From Candidatus Poribacteria bacterium (GTDB taxonomy: Bacteria > Poribacteria > WGA-4E > WGA-3G): a DNA stretch of 64,000 nt. Shown one piece after another: positions 1 to 10,787 of this stretch. Each line of letters opens with the position of its first letter. Position 1 is the stretch's first letter. The DNA lies in the NCBI GenBank assembly GCA_965215265.1, contig OZ244048.1, positions 2,208,001 to 2,272,000 of the forward strand, given 5' to 3'. Made by a program: the position numbers and the translations under genes. Under the pieces are notes generated by a model that had not been told where the DNA came from, did not search any database, and saw only the letters and a program-made list of their open reading frames with translations.

Positions 1-2493
1 CTGCGTCCTATCCGTGCTTTTGGTGTTATTCCGTTAAAACTTGATGCGGAACGCAACCGTCTCTCTATAAAGATGGATGTCCCTGAAGTAGTCCGACCGA
101 ACCGGGAATTGGAGCTCGCCTTTCAGGTAAAAGGCTCGCAGACCTGGAAAAAATACGATGTCTGTATCGCGGCGGTTGATGAAGGCATCCTTGCCCTGAC
201 AGATTTCCAAACGCCGAACCCACACAACTATTTCTATCGCCAACGTGGGCTCAAGACACGTTCGTATGACCTATATAGTGCAATTTTGCCTGAAATCGTA
301 CAGCCGCCAGAGGGCACAGGCGGGGATTCCGTGGACACCGATGCCCGGGTGCGACGATTAAACACCGCCAGTGTTAAACGTGTCAAACCTGTTAGACTCT
401 GGTCCGGTCTGCTCAAAACAGACGAGACGGGACGTGGTACTGTCCGATTCAGCCTTCCACAGTTCAACGGCACGTTGAGACTCATGGCAGTGGCTTCCGC
501 CGGGGCTGACTACGGTGCGGCAGAGGCAAACCTGCTCGTTAGAGAGCCAATTGTCATAACTCCAACATTCCCACGATTCCTCGCCGGTGGCGATCTTGCT
601 CACATCCCTGTTACACTTTTTAATAAGACCGGGGCAGATGGGACTTTTACTGTTAAATTGGAAGTGACAGACGGAGCAGTCGCGTTGTTAGAAGAACCTG
701 CTGGACTCAATATGGACTTACAAGCAATGAACGTATCCAAAGTCCCTTTGGAAAAGCAGGTTTACGTAGCCGCCAATACAGAGACAGAGGTGAGTTTCGA
801 TATTCGTGCACATGAGGCGATAGGTGATGCAACTTTCGCGTTGACTGCATCAGGGAACAACGAAACCACACACTTAACGTTAACACTACCCGTTCGTTCG
901 GCTGCCCCGCCGATTACACAAACAGGTTCTGGCATTGTTCGCGCTGGCGAACCGGCTGATTTCATTTTCCCGGCCAATCTTCTGAGTGATTCTTCAGACT
1001 TTACGCTCGTGCTTTCACCGTTTCCAGCTGTTCAGTTTGCCGACAGTCTGCAATATCTTCTCCAGTATCCACATGGTTGCATTGAGCAGACGACGAGCCG
1101 TATCTTTCCGTTGCTCTATTTCAGCGAGTTGGCAAGAATGGTTGAGCCTGCGCTGGCGGAAGCCACTGCGGAGAGTGAAACAGTTGAGCATTATATTAGC
1201 GCCGGCATCACGAAATTAGAAAGTCTATTGATGCCGAACAACTATTTCGCCTATTGGCCCGGGGGTACCTATCACAATCCGTGGAGTAGTATCTACGCTG
1301 GACATTTCCTTGTTGAGGCCCGGAAGGCCGGCTACGAAGTCACGGCGCGCGTTTACGACGGAATGTTGGAGGGGTTACGTCAACAAGCACGACTTTATCA
1401 GCACGGACAAGTCGAGGCGAGTCAAGTTGACAATCAAGTCAGTGCAGCACGCGATAGGGAGACATCACTTGCTGCTTATGCTTGTTATGTCTTAGCTGCT
1501 GCAGGTGTACCTGAAAAGGGTATAATGAACTACCTCAAAAACAGCACCAGCCTGCGGGCTTATAGCCATTTCCAATTGGCAGGTGCGTTTGCTCTGAGTG
1601 GTGAATTAGAAGTGGCACTGGCCATGTTGCCTGTGTCGGTTTCGCCGCAAAAGGCTGGTACCCGGGAGACGGGCGGCACGCTGGACTCCCCTGTTCGCGC
1701 ACAAGCCATCATGCTGGATGTGCTCGCCGAAGTCAATGAAAACCATCCATCACTCCCGGTGCTGGTGAAGAATCTGAGCGAGGCTGTGACTGCATCGGGC
1801 AATCGTTGGACAACAACACAAGAGAACGCTTTCGCCTTCCTTGCATTGGGCAAAATTATGAAGAAACAGATCTCAACAGATTACACTGGTACCTTCACAC
1901 TCGACGGTACAGCTATTGCTCACTTTGAGGGAACAGAGCAGCGTTACACGGATGCAGCATGGGACGGGGGGCGCGTAGAGCTCGCTATAGAGGGGAAAGG
2001 CACCTGTTACTACCATTGGCGTGCTTTTGGTATTCCACAGGATTCCTTTATTGAAGAATACGCACGTGAATTACAAGTGCGTCGCCGCTATTTTAATCAA
2101 AATGGTGAAGAACTGATTCACACCTTTACACACGGCGACTTAATTGTCGCGGAGATTACCGTCAAAGCATTGACTGAAAATCTCGAAAACGTTGTGGTTG
2201 TAGATATGGTGCCTGCCGGTTTTGAAATTGAGAATCCACGACTTGAATCGCGAGCAGGGATTCCTTGGGTAAAGACAGAGGATTTCAAACCGGATTACCT
2301 TGATATCCGCGATGACCGGCTCATTTTTTTCGGTGTGTTCCCCCGCCAGCGAGAACGTAAGTTCTATTATGCACTCCGCGCAGTTACACAAGGTGAATTT
2401 ATTTTACCGCCTATCGCAGCGGAGGCAATGTATGATGCCACAAAATCTGCCGTTGCAGACAGTAGACGCATTAAGGTAGTAGGAATTGAGTAG
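1..2493 (+). CDS. Bacterial alpha-2-macroglobulin family protein (C-terminal part; gene starts before the window)
   Basis: Frame is open from base 1 (LRPIRAFGVIPL...). Motifs AAVDEGIL, LPQFNGTLRLMAVA, thioester YPHGCIEQ, TTQENAFA and DIRDDR. Directly followed by pbpC. Confidence 0.95.
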   Translation: MRPIRAFGVIPLKLDAERNRLSIKMDVPEVVRPNRELELAFQVKGSQTWKKYDVCIAAVDEGILALTDFQTPNPHNYFYRQRGLKTRSYDLYSAILPEIVQPPEGTGGDSVDTDARVRRLNTASVKRVKPVRLWSGLLKTDETGRGTVRFSLPQFNGTLRLMAVASAGADYGAAEANLLVREPIVITPTFPRFLAGGDLAHIPVTLFNKTGADGTFTVKLEVTDGAVALLEEPAGLNMDLQAMNVSKVPLEKQVYVAANTETEVSFDIRAHEAIGDATFALTASGNNETTHLTLTLPVRSAAPPITQTGSGIVRAGEPADFIFPANLLSDSSDFTLVLSPFPAVQFADSLQYLLQYPHGCIEQTTSRIFPLLYFSELARMVEPALAEATAESETVEHYISAGITKLESLLMPNNYFAYWPGGTYHNPWSSIYAGHFLVEARKAGYEVTARVYDGMLEGLRQQARLYQHGQVEASQVDNQVSAARDRETSLAAYACYVLAAAGVPEKGIMNYLKNSTSLRAYSHFQLAGAFALSGELEVALAMLPVSVSPQKAGTRETGGTLDSPVRAQAIMLDVLAEVNENHPSLPVLVKNLSEAVTASGNRWTTTQENAFAFLALGKIMKKQISTDYTGTFTLDGTAIAHFEGTEQRYTDAAWDGGRVELAIEGKGTCYYHWRAFGIPQDSFIEEYARELQVRRRYFNQNGEELIHTFTHGDLIVAEITVKALTENLENVVVVDMVPAGFEIENPRLESRAGIPWVKTEDFKPDYLDIRDDRLIFFGVFPRQRERKFYYALRAVTQGEFILPPIAAEAMYDATKSAVADSRRIKVVGIE

Positions 2494-4999
2494 TTTATTC
2501 CGGGGAAAGTCACTCCTGCATCCGAACCACTGGCGATGGCTGTGCCTTGCCGCGTTGGTTGTTCTACTTCTACTGTTTATTGCCGCAAACCTGTTTTTTT
2601 CGTTGCCCAAAACCTTGCTCCATCCCCCTGTCTCTTGTATTGTGTTGGATAGAAATGGGGAATGGCTGCGCGCATTTTTAGCTCAGGACGGAATGTGGCG
2701 TATACGAGAGCCGGATTTAGCGGCGGTCTCCCTTTGGTTAAAACAAGCAACCTTAACCATGGAAGATCGTTGGTTTGCCTACCACTTTGGCATTAATCCT
2801 GTCTCAATGGTGAATGCCGCGATAGAAAACCTGAGGAGTAGGAAAGTCGTCCGCGGCGGCTCAACTATCACGATGCAGCTCGCACGAATGATGGAACCCA
2901 AAGCACGGAACATCCCCAATAAGTGTATTGAAATGTTCCGTGCCCTTCAACTGGAACTTACCTATTCCAAATCTGAGCTCTTAACGTTTTATTTCAACAT
3001 GCTCCCCTATGGCGGGAATATAGTCGGATCAGCTGCAGCGGCCCGATTGTACTTCAATAAACCACAGCAGGCCCTTAGCATCGGTGAAGCCGCCCTTCTC
3101 GCTGCTATCCCGAATTCCCCTGAGCGTTTAAGGCCGGACAGATTTCCACAGCGTGCACGCAAGGCGCGCGAAAAAGTGCTAAGACGACTCTTCGCTCTCG
3201 GACAGATTTCACGAGCCCAGTTTGAGTCAGCCCTACAAGAGCCAATTCCGACAAAACTTCACAGATTCCCGTTTAAAGCACCACATCTCTCTCGTCTACT
3301 TGCATCCTCGCACGTGCAGGGGGGTCCGATATATACAACAGTTGACATGAAAAAACAGCAGACAGCTGTGCGCCTGCTGCGAGAACATCTGGAAGGGTTG
3401 CAAACTGTGTCAACGGGAGCAGTCGTCATCATGGCGACTCAAACGCGTGAAGTGCTTGCGTTGGTAGGTTCGCATGATTTCTTTGACACTGCCGCCCTAG
3501 GGCAGGTAAATGGTGTACTCGCCCCCCGTTCCCCCGGCTCCGCGCTCAAACCGTTTGTGTACGCGCTGGCAATTGACCAGGGGATAATAACCCCTGCCTC
3601 ATTGCTGCTGGATGTCCCTGTCTCCTATGGCGGCTATCGTCCTGTTAACTACGATGGTACATACACTGGATATGTTTCTGCACGTCGTGCATTGGCACAG
3701 TCGCTTAACGTACCAGCAGTGAATCTTACAGTACAATTAGACAAAGAACCGTCTCTTAGTGGCGCGCGTGGTACTCCGTCATGGTATTCGCCCCACCGTA
3801 GGGCACCAGTTACCTTAACGCAATTCCTCAAACAAGCCGGTATTTCTACCTTGTCCAATACAAGGCGGTATGGGCTTTCCATTGTGCTGGGTGGCTGTGA
3901 AGTCAATCTGTTAGAGTTAACGACACTTTATGCCTCCTTAGCAAATATGGGAGAATTTGTCCCGTATTGCTTAACGCTTCAAGAGGCGGAAGGAAAATCC
4001 CAACTGATACCTGCCCCCGTCCGTCTATTTCGGGAAGAAACCGCTTTTATGATTACCGAAATGCTGACGACACGAGCCCGTCCCGATTTTCCTGCGGACA
4101 GTTTTGAAAAAACCGTTAATCTACCCAAAATCGCGTGGAAAACCGGGACCTCGTACGGCCATCGCGATGCATGGAGCATAGGGTATTCACGGACATTCAC
4201 TATCGGTGTGTGGTTAGGCAATTTTGACGGAAAAGGCATTCCGCTGCTTAGCGGCTCTTCCGCTGCAACGCCGTTGTTGTTTTCTCTGTTTACCGCCCTG
4301 ATGGCGACAGAGTCACACCAATGGTTTACTCCGCCGGCCCATCTCAAAACGCGGCAGGTGTGTGTCCTGAGCGGACAGCCTGCTGCCCGACACTGTCCAA
4401 CGCGTAAAAACGATACCTACATCCCTGGTGTTTCCACCGTTCGCCCCTGTACTCTCCACAAACGGGTTTATATTCATAAAGCCACCGGCTATAGTGTCTG
4501 CTCGCACTGTTGGAATCTATCCGTGCCTGAGGTTGATAATGACCAGAGGGGTTCTGATGAGAGAGGTACACGCGTGTTCACAGGAAAAGCACCTTTTAAT
4601 ATTGAAGAGCGCATCCTTGAGGAATGGCCTGCTGAAGCCGCAACATGGTTAGCAAAAAACGGATTTGCGGTTCCTGCCTTCCCGCCACATAACCCCGACT
4701 GTACTGCGTTTCTTGCCGGGGAGACACCAAGCATTTTATCACCTTCAAAAGGTACCGTCTATTACATCCGCCAAGGCATCCCGCTTGAACATCAAAAAAT
4801 CATGCTCAACGCATCTATCAGCAACCGAACGCAGGAGTTATATTGGTTTCTTGATGGCGAACTGATTTCCACAGAGTCGACGTACTTCCTCACCCCGGTG
4901 CCTGGGCACCACGTCATCACGTGTGTAGATGGCGCTGGCCGGGCTGCGACGCGGCCGCTTTTGATTAAGCATTTTGTAGCTTCCAACCCCACTCGGTGA
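2486..4999 (+). CDS. pbpC: Penicillin-binding protein 1C
   Basis: N-terminal TM helix; transglycosylase motifs EDRWF..H.G and GGSTITMQLAR; transpeptidase SALK and KTGT motifs; Cys-rich C-terminal region; adjacent to A2M. Confidence 0.93.
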   Translation: MSSLFRGKSLLHPNHWRWLCLAALVVLLLLFIAANLFFSLPKTLLHPPVSCIVLDRNGEWLRAFLAQDGMWRIREPDLAAVSLWLKQATLTMEDRWFAYHFGINPVSMVNAAIENLRSRKVVRGGSTITMQLARMMEPKARNIPNKCIEMFRALQLELTYSKSELLTFYFNMLPYGGNIVGSAAAARLYFNKPQQALSIGEAALLAAIPNSPERLRPDRFPQRARKAREKVLRRLFALGQISRAQFESALQEPIPTKLHRFPFKAPHLSRLLASSHVQGGPIYTTVDMKKQQTAVRLLREHLEGLQTVSTGAVVIMATQTREVLALVGSHDFFDTAALGQVNGVLAPRSPGSALKPFVYALAIDQGIITPASLLLDVPVSYGGYRPVNYDGTYTGYVSARRALAQSLNVPAVNLTVQLDKEPSLSGARGTPSWYSPHRRAPVTLTQFLKQAGISTLSNTRRYGLSIVLGGCEVNLLELTTLYASLANMGEFVPYCLTLQEAEGKSQLIPAPVRLFREETAFMITEMLTTRARPDFPADSFEKTVNLPKIAWKTGTSYGHRDAWSIGYSRTFTIGVWLGNFDGKGIPLLSGSSAATPLLFSLFTALMATESHQWFTPPAHLKTRQVCVLSGQPAARHCPTRKNDTYIPGVSTVRPCTLHKRVYIHKATGYSVCSHCWNLSVPEVDNDQRGSDERGTRVFTGKAPFNIEERILEEWPAEAATWLAKNGFAVPAFPPHNPDCTAFLAGETPSILSPSKGTVYYIRQGIPLEHQKIMLNASISNRTQELYWFLDGELISTESTYFLTPVPGHHVITCVDGAGRAATRPLLIKHFVASNPTR

Positions 5000-5030
5000 A
5001 CCTGTGGCGGTGCCATCTCCGACAAACCTA

Positions 5031-5137
5031 TGGTGGTGCCCACCCGCCCCAACTCCTCTCTCCTGAAACAGAGACTGGAAAAGGGTTGGTGGGCACCAAC
5101 TGAATTTTTAATGGAATTGGGCGGGTGCCCAATTCCA
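5031..5137. repeat. Palindromic elements between convergent genes (possible bidirectional terminator or REP-like element)
   Basis: TGGTGCCCACC...GGTGGGCACCA inverted repeat (~5033-5098) plus hairpin TGGAATTGGGC-GGGT-GCCCAATTCCA (5112-5137). The core CCCACCCGCC..AACTCCTCTCTCCT recurs at ~16648. Confidence 0.55.
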
Positions 5138-5959
5138 CTTCAGTTTTGCCCAAGTGGTTGTCAACTTACCTGCTGCTTCGACAGCCAGTGCCTTTTCCAT
5201 GTTTGCCTTAACTTCTTCTGCGGTGAGCGCGACACTCCAGATCTTGAATTCATCAATCACCCCGTTGAAGAAGTTTCCATTGCCTTGGTTGGCGGCAATC
5301 GACATGCCTTGTGTGCCGAAATCCATGCGTGCGTCGCCGCCGGATTTTGCTTCGCCATCGACCTCACCGTTGATGTACATCACTGCATTGCTTTTATCCT
5401 GTGTGCCTACGAAGTAGTGCCATTCGGGCTCAAATCCGATTTTATCGGTGAGTGCCTCTAGTTCGGCGCCCTGCGTGGCAAAGTAGAAACCGAATAACAC
5501 ACCGCCGCGATTGAACGTTATATGGGGACGCCCACCACCAGTGAGTCTATAGAGCAAATCTATACGGTTTCCGCCCTCAATCTTATCGTCCGGTTTAAAC
5601 CAGAACTCAATCGTCATTTCCTTGGGTTCATCAATCCCGAACGCATCCACATTCACGCTTCCGTTATTAAAATGAAGTGCTTGGCCTACAACACCTTCCA
5701 CCCAATCCGCGTTCTTGATATCCCCTGTGAAACTGTTAGGGGAAGTATCTTGTGCCTTGTTTCCTTTCCCTTCATCAAACGGAAAATAAATGATTAAATC
5801 TTTCGCTGCATCTGCAGCGTGACCGAGACTTGGGAATAACGCTGCTACTGTGAATAGTAAAACAATAGGACTTAGCACGGATAGCTCTGCTGAAGAACGC
5901 CGAGAGGCATCAATGCTAATGTGCCAGACTCGAAGAATTATAGAAAAAAAAGGTTTCAT
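5108..5959 (-). CDS. Secreted LamG/concanavalin-A-like jelly-roll protein with C-terminal TW(G/A)xLK tail
   Basis: YFPFDEGKG..A.D.S.N, WHYFVGT, YINGE, FNGVIDEFKIWSVALT; ends AVEAAGKLTTTWAKLK. Confidence 0.88.
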   Translation of the reverse strand: MKPFFSIILRVWHISIDASRRSSAELSVLSPIVLLFTVAALFPSLGHAADAAKDLIIYFPFDEGKGNKAQDTSPNSFTGDIKNADWVEGVVGQALHFNNGSVNVDAFGIDEPKEMTIEFWFKPDDKIEGGNRIDLLYRLTGGGRPHITFNRGGVLFGFYFATQGAELEALTDKIGFEPEWHYFVGTQDKSNAVMYINGEVDGEAKSGGDARMDFGTQGMSIAANQGNGNFFNGVIDEFKIWSVALTAEEVKANMEKALAVEAAGKLTTTWAKLKWNWAPAQFH

Positions 5960-6002
5960 TTTATTTTGACGACGGTGTCGTCATTTCCCTCCAGTTTTAG
6001 TG

Positions 6003-6340
6003 TTTTTGTATATCTCTGTTTTTTCGTATATCTCCGTACCATCACGCTTTATGCTTTGTTAATGACAGTGTAAATCTCGTTTTTTTGTATATTTCAGCCC
6101 GATAACGCCTGATGTTATGTTTATTACCGTGTAAATCTCGTCTGAGATTCCTTAGGTTTTGACTTTAAAGACGATACCTAAGCAGGCTCAGACGAGCTTT
6201 ATGCAAAGGTTATCAAAACATCAATCCGTATTGGGCCCCTGTAGACGAAAAAGCGAGATTTGTAAAGGGTTTAACATAGCAGCAGCCTTTATTGGGCTCC
6301 TGTAGACAAAAGACCTTTATGGTACTGCAGTAGACGAAAA
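6003..6340. repeat. Nested palindromic intergenic element (~60-nt unit family), copy 1
   Basis: Left units TTTT(C)GTATAT.TC.G..CC...GTGTAAATCTCG at 6021-6079 and 6083-6140; core CTCGTCTGAG...CTCAGACGAG; inverted units at 6193-6251, 6254-6310 and a partial one at 6314-6340. Confidence 0.8.
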
Positions 6341-6388
6341 TTAGAAATTAAGACTGGCATTAAATTCATTTCATGTCAGCCGTTGTTG

Positions 6389-7264
6389 TTATTCGGGGGT
6401 GCTGTGCCGCTTGAATTTCAGCGCGCCCCACCGTGTAGTTAATTTAGCCGTTGGCTCGACGGATAGTACCTCTGGTACGTGATAATTAAGAATAAATTCC
6501 CCTATAATGTTGCCCCATGAAACGCCTGGGTGGGGGACATCTCCGACGTAGACTTGTACGAAAATTCCGAGCCTGCCGCCGGTTTCCTCGTTAATCAGGA
6601 CAGCCGGTTCTACACGCAAATCTTCGTCTGTGTTTTCAGCAAGCGCGATGTCGAGTTTCCAAGGCGTTTTCGCGTAATCTTCTAGGTGGAAGGGATACGA
6701 GGTATTGTACTTTTTGAGGCTTGGTACATATTTTTCTCCATCTGCTGTGGGTGTCATCTCTACCGGGTCAGCTTGCCAATTATCGCCTCGTCCCTGCCAT
6801 ACGAAGGCGTTGGGGACATCAATTACGTTTTGCAACCCTCTGGCTTCGTTCGTTTCTGCGGGTCCTTCGGATGTATAAAAGGTGTATTCGCCGGTATTAA
6901 AAATCGTATTGCCGGCATCCAGAAACTGCTCTAAAAGCGAACCGTCGGGTTTTGCATTGCCAGGGGGATAAATCGTTGAAGGGGTGATACCAGTTAAAAT
7001 AAGCGTATTGCCACCACCGTCAGTATGCGCTTTGACCCAATTTGCTAACCCTTCTATATCCTTTGGCTCGAAGACCGTGAGGTTTTGCCCTTTAAGTAAC
7101 TGAATAAGAGTGTCCAGTTCCTTTTGTGCCTCTTTTGCATCCTCGCGGGCCCACGGATGGGAATCGGTATGCAGCGCGAAATCAAAACCGGCTTCCGTTA
7201 CAGCAGTGCCCCAAGCGAGTTTTATCGTGGCTACCATAAGAATTATGCTCAATTTTCTAAACAT
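6389..7264 (-). CDS. Secreted hypothetical protein with C-terminal WGxLK tail
   Basis: Signal peptide MFRKLSIILMVATIKLAWG; GGAGG RBS; ends SVEPTAKLTTRWGALK. Body domain not recognised. Confidence 0.8.
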   Translation of the reverse strand: MFRKLSIILMVATIKLAWGTAVTEAGFDFALHTDSHPWAREDAKEAQKELDTLIQLLKGQNLTVFEPKDIEGLANWVKAHTDGGGNTLILTGITPSTIYPPGNAKPDGSLLEQFLDAGNTIFNTGEYTFYTSEGPAETNEARGLQNVIDVPNAFVWQGRGDNWQADPVEMTPTADGEKYVPSLKKYNTSYPFHLEDYAKTPWKLDIALAENTDEDLRVEPAVLINEETGGRLGIFVQVYVGDVPHPGVSWGNIIGEFILNYHVPEVLSVEPTAKLTTRWGALKFKRHSTPE

Positions 7265-7334
7265 TTTGCCTCCGTCTTTAGTCTGAAAGCATTAGGCAGC
7301 AGAATCTTCAGTAATCCCAGCAAACATCAAGGAA

Positions 7335-7795
7335 TCAATTTTTCAGCGAAGCCCACGTTACGGCGAGTTTTTCCACCGGTTCAACTGCAGTAGGTGGGAT
7401 TCCGGGTCCATTAATCTCCACGTATTCATAGAGCACGGTTGAATCTCTACCCCCTAACCCCGGTCTGCCCTTGTCGTACGTTTTATCATCTTGTTCCACC
7501 ATCAGTTTCCCGTCAATGTAGGGGTTCTGAGGGTGAGCCCTTCAGTTTTTCGGGTCCTAACTTCCATGCGATAATCAGTCCAATTGTCTTATCCAAAATA
7601 GATGCCTGAGTTCTGTCCACCTGCGACGGTGAGTTCAAGCATGCCATCTTTAACTTTAACTGTCGCTTGGGGTCCGAGTTCCCAATCAGCAATCTCTCTG
7701 TCACTATCAAATTCGTATCGAATCGCTTGCGCGTTCGGAATGCTCAGAATAAGGCATAGGCAGGCACAAAGCCTTGAGATGTAACGCTTTTTCAT
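7335..7795 (-). pseudogene. Pseudogene of a secreted beta-jelly-roll (DUF1080-like) protein with the TWxxLK tail
   Basis: GGAGG RBS and MKKRY signal peptide; in-frame TAA at 7589-7591 (YFG*DNWTDYRME); after a frame change it continues YIDGKLMVEQDDKTYDKGRPGLGG...AVEPVEKLAVTWASLKN*. Confidence 0.8.
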
Positions 7796-8155
7796 GACAA
7801 ATTCCTCCTTTTTGCAATGGCATAACTGTCTGCCTGTCGAGCTTGCCAAAGACTTTCTGGCAAGAATTTGGGAGAGTTAGCAAAAGTGAGAGTTTTGCGT
7901 TAAATAATGATGCGATGGTGGTTACTCCTAACGCCGCTGCTCTGTATTCAATCAACGGTTTAGTCCCTAAAAGCATAACAAATTTAGGAAACAGTGTCAA
8001 GAAAAAATCAGTCTGTTTTTTTTCTTCACGAACAGAGCCGAAGGGTATCGTCTTATGGAAAATCAATCCCAACTTCAGAAGGGACATCTCCTGGCTAGTG
8101 AGAGTTGTCAACATCGTGACAACGTGCTGGTTTGTTCAATTCATGACTTCAAAAA

Positions 8156-8524
8156 TCATTGACGCAGGGTGGCAATAATTAAACATGTCCATCCGGCGAT
8201 GAACGCTGCACCTCCAAGGGGTGTAATAGCCCCAAGCCAACGAACGCCGGTAAGACTAAGTGTGTAAAGACTGCCCGAAAAGACCAGAATTCCAATGGAA
8301 AAGCACCATCCGGATGCAATGGTAAGTTGGCTGTTCCATTGGGAGTGTGCCCACGCCGTTGCGAGTAATGCAAGGCTGTGGTACATCTGGTAGCGAACAG
8401 CTACCTCAAACGTCTCCAGCATCTCCGCTGGTAGTTTTGACCGGAGTGCGTGCGCGCCAAATGCGCCAAGAACAACAGCGATGAGGCTAAACCCTGATCC
8501 GAGTGCAAATAAAAAGTTTGGCAT
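8156..8524 (-). CDS. DUF423 / YgdD-TMEM256 family membrane protein
   Basis: AVVLGAFGAHAL, AVRYQMYH, GILVFSGSLY and LGAITPLGG motifs. Confidence 0.92.
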   Translation of the reverse strand: MPNFLFALGSGFSLIAVVLGAFGAHALRSKLPAEMLETFEVAVRYQMYHSLALLATAWAHSQWNSQLTIASGWCFSIGILVFSGSLYTLSLTGVRWLGAITPLGGAAFIAGWTCLIIATLRQ

Positions 8525-8579
8525 GGTTTATTTTCTCTTTCTATATGATAATTGTATGTTGGTTGAGATTTATTTAACT

Positions 8580-9155
8580 CTAGTCTTTGTTAAAACAGGT
8601 GGCCTGCTGTTTAAAGTTGACAGGTGTGGTGTCGTTGAGATGCTGAAGTAAAGAGTGAATCGTCTCGCCAAAACGTGGATGCACAACCTGAGGTGCAATT
8701 TCGGCTAACGGTACTAGTACAAAACGGCGGAGGTGCATCTCTGGATGTGGAATGACAAGTTCAGATTCACTGAGAGAGACATCCGCGTAGAGCAAAACAT
8801 CCAAGTCGATTTCTCTGGGCCCCCAACGGATGCGTTGCTGTCTACCGACTTTGATTTCGATATGTTTTAAAATGTGTAGCAAGTGTTGCGGGGTGAGGCG
8901 TGTCTGGATGGCGGCGACCCCGTTCAGAAAGTGGGGCTGCTGTTCATAGCCAATAGGTGCTGTTTCATAGAGGGAGGACACTTTTTTCAAGTTAACTCCG
9001 TCAACTTCCGCGATGCATCGGATGGCGTTATCAATATACTCCATCCGGTTGCCGATATTGCTGCCGAATCCGATATATGCTGGGCACATAAAAGTATTGC
9101 CCCCGGATGTGCGTGCGCTAAAGTCAGTTACGTGCAATGGAGCTGCGCGTTTCAA
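8580..9155 (-). CDS. folK: 2-amino-4-hydroxy-6-hydroxymethyldihydropteridine diphosphokinase (true start may be 9089)
   Basis: [45 protein letters not shown]. Confidence 0.95.
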   Translation of the reverse strand: MKRAAPLHVTDFSARTSGGNTFMCPAYIGFGSNIGNRMEYIDNAIRCIAEVDGVNLKKVSSLYETAPIGYEQQPHFLNGVAAIQTRLTPQHLLHILKHIEIKVGRQQRIRWGPREIDLDVLLYADVSLSESELVIPHPEMHLRRFVLVPLAEIAPQVVHPRFGETIHSLLQHLNDTTPVNFKQQATCFNKD

Positions 9156-10384
9156 AATTTTCGGATGGCAATAGAGGTATTATGTCCTCCGAATCCGAAA
9201 GCGTTGGAGAGTGCGACCTTAACGTTTGCGTCGCGGCTCTGATTGGGGACGTAATCCAGGTCGCATGCGTCATCGGGGATTTCGTAGTTGATAGTGGGCG
9301 GTATATAGCCTTTCTGCATCGCGCCTAAGCAGGCAATGAGTTCGACTGCGCCTGCTGCGCCAAGGAGATGCCCGACCATGGATTTTGTGGAGCTGATCGG
9401 AATTTTGTATGCGCGGTTGCCAAACAACGTTTTAATGGCATTGGTTTCGGCGATGTCTCCAATAGGTGTTGATGTGCCATGCGCGTTGATGTAATCGACA
9501 TCATCTACGGAGAGCTGCGCGTCCTTTAGCGCGAATTCCATGGCTTTCGCTGCGCCTTCCCCGTTTTGGGGCGGGCTTACCATATCGTGTGCATCGGAAG
9601 TCATACCAAAGCCTAGGAGTTCGGCGTAAATAGACGCGCTGCGTCTTTGTGCATGCGTGAGAGATTCAAGAATGAGGATACCTGCACCATCGCCCATCAC
9701 GAATCCATCCCGGTCTTTGTTAAACGGCCGCGATGCGCGTTCAGGTTCATGGTTTCGTGCAGACATTGCACGCATTGAGCAAAATCCAGCGAAAGCGAGC
9801 GGTGTAATTGCAGATTCGGCTCCGCCCGTAAACATGACATCCACATCCCCACGCTGAATTAGACGAAACGATTCCCCAATAGAATGATTGGCTGTTGCAC
9901 AAGCGGTAACGGAGGATGAGTTTGGGCCCTTGAGGTTAAAATGGATAGAAATCTGCCCTGCTGCCATATTAATAATCATATATGGTACCAGAAAAGGACT
10001 GACGCGTTTGGGGCCCTTCTCTACCAAGGTTTGTGCATTTTCCTCAAGGATGCCAATGCCTCCGACACCGGAGCCGATTTGGACACCGGCCCGGTAGGGT
10101 TGGACTTTATTAAGGTCCAAACCGGAATCTTGGTGCGCCATTATTGCTGCCGCGAGAGCATATTGAATAAAAAGTGGTAACCGTGATGCGGCTTTCTTAT
10201 CAAGATAAGTTTCTGGTTGGAAGTCCTTAACTTCTCCGGCGATTTGGGTACGGTAATCGGTAGCATCGAAATAAGTTAAAGGTCCGATTCCGTTTTTACC
10301 GATTGCAAGCGCATCCCAATATTCGTCTTTGGTGTTGCCAATCGCGTTGACAACACCGATTCCAGTAATAACTACACGCTCCAC
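9152..10384 (-). CDS. fabF: Beta-ketoacyl-ACP synthase II
   Basis: [43 protein letters not shown]. Confidence 0.97.
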   Translation of the reverse strand: MERVVITGIGVVNAIGNTKDEYWDALAIGKNGIGPLTYFDATDYRTQIAGEVKDFQPETYLDKKAASRLPLFIQYALAAAIMAHQDSGLDLNKVQPYRAGVQIGSGVGGIGILEENAQTLVEKGPKRVSPFLVPYMIINMAAGQISIHFNLKGPNSSSVTACATANHSIGESFRLIQRGDVDVMFTGGAESAITPLAFAGFCSMRAMSARNHEPERASRPFNKDRDGFVMGDGAGILILESLTHAQRRSASIYAELLGFGMTSDAHDMVSPPQNGEGAAKAMEFALKDAQLSVDDVDYINAHGTSTPIGDIAETNAIKTLFGNRAYKIPISSTKSMVGHLLGAAGAVELIACLGAMQKGYIPPTINYEIPDDACDLDYVPNQSRDANVKVALSNAFGFGGHNTSIAIRKF

Positions 10385-10465
10385 GAGCCTGATCCTTTTT
10401 TGAGTGTGTATCAGTAGACGCTGTGTCTGTGTGTGCGCGTCTACCTGCAGTTGTTTGTGCTATGC

Positions 10466-10699
10466 CTAGACATGTTCGTCCAAGTAGTTGAGTGCATCTT
10501 GGACAGTCTGAATTTTTTCGGCATCGCTGTCAGGGATTTCAAGGTCGAATTCCTCTTCGAGTGCCATAACGAGTTCTACGGTATCCAGTGAATCTGCGCC
10601 CAGGTCTTCCATGAAGGAAGCGTCTGGGGTGACATTCTCCGCGTCAACTCCAAGTTGGTTCGCGATAATTTCAATAAGCCGTTCTTGATTTTCTGGCAT
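10466..10699 (-). CDS. acpP: Acyl carrier protein
   Basis: [20 protein letters not shown]. Confidence 0.98.
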   Translation of the reverse strand: MPENQERLIEIIANQLGVDAENVTPDASFMEDLGADSLDTVELVMALEEEFDLEIPDSDAEKIQTVQDALNYLDEHV

Positions 10700-10787
10700 A
10701 ATAGTTTAACTGAGCTCCTCTTTTAGTGTGATGAAGTGCCTACACTGTGGAAAGCGTGAAGGCACGGGTGTTAATAAATCATGTAGG

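Noticed and set aside
1-4999. A2M-pbpC pair as a novel system
   Set aside because: This is a well-known conserved bacterial gene pair.
6003-6340. CRISPR or integron attC array
   Set aside because: Units are inverted and nested without unique spacers, there are no consistent RYYYAAC/GTTRRRY ends, and no integrase is present.
7589-7591. Stop-codon recoding (Sec/Pyl)
   Set aside because: The stop is TAA and the gene also has a frameshift, so decay is the simpler explanation.
7707-8178. ORFs 7707-8114 (-) and 7843-8178 (+)
   Set aside because: No RBS or motifs, mutually overlapping, and in AT-rich promoter-like DNA.
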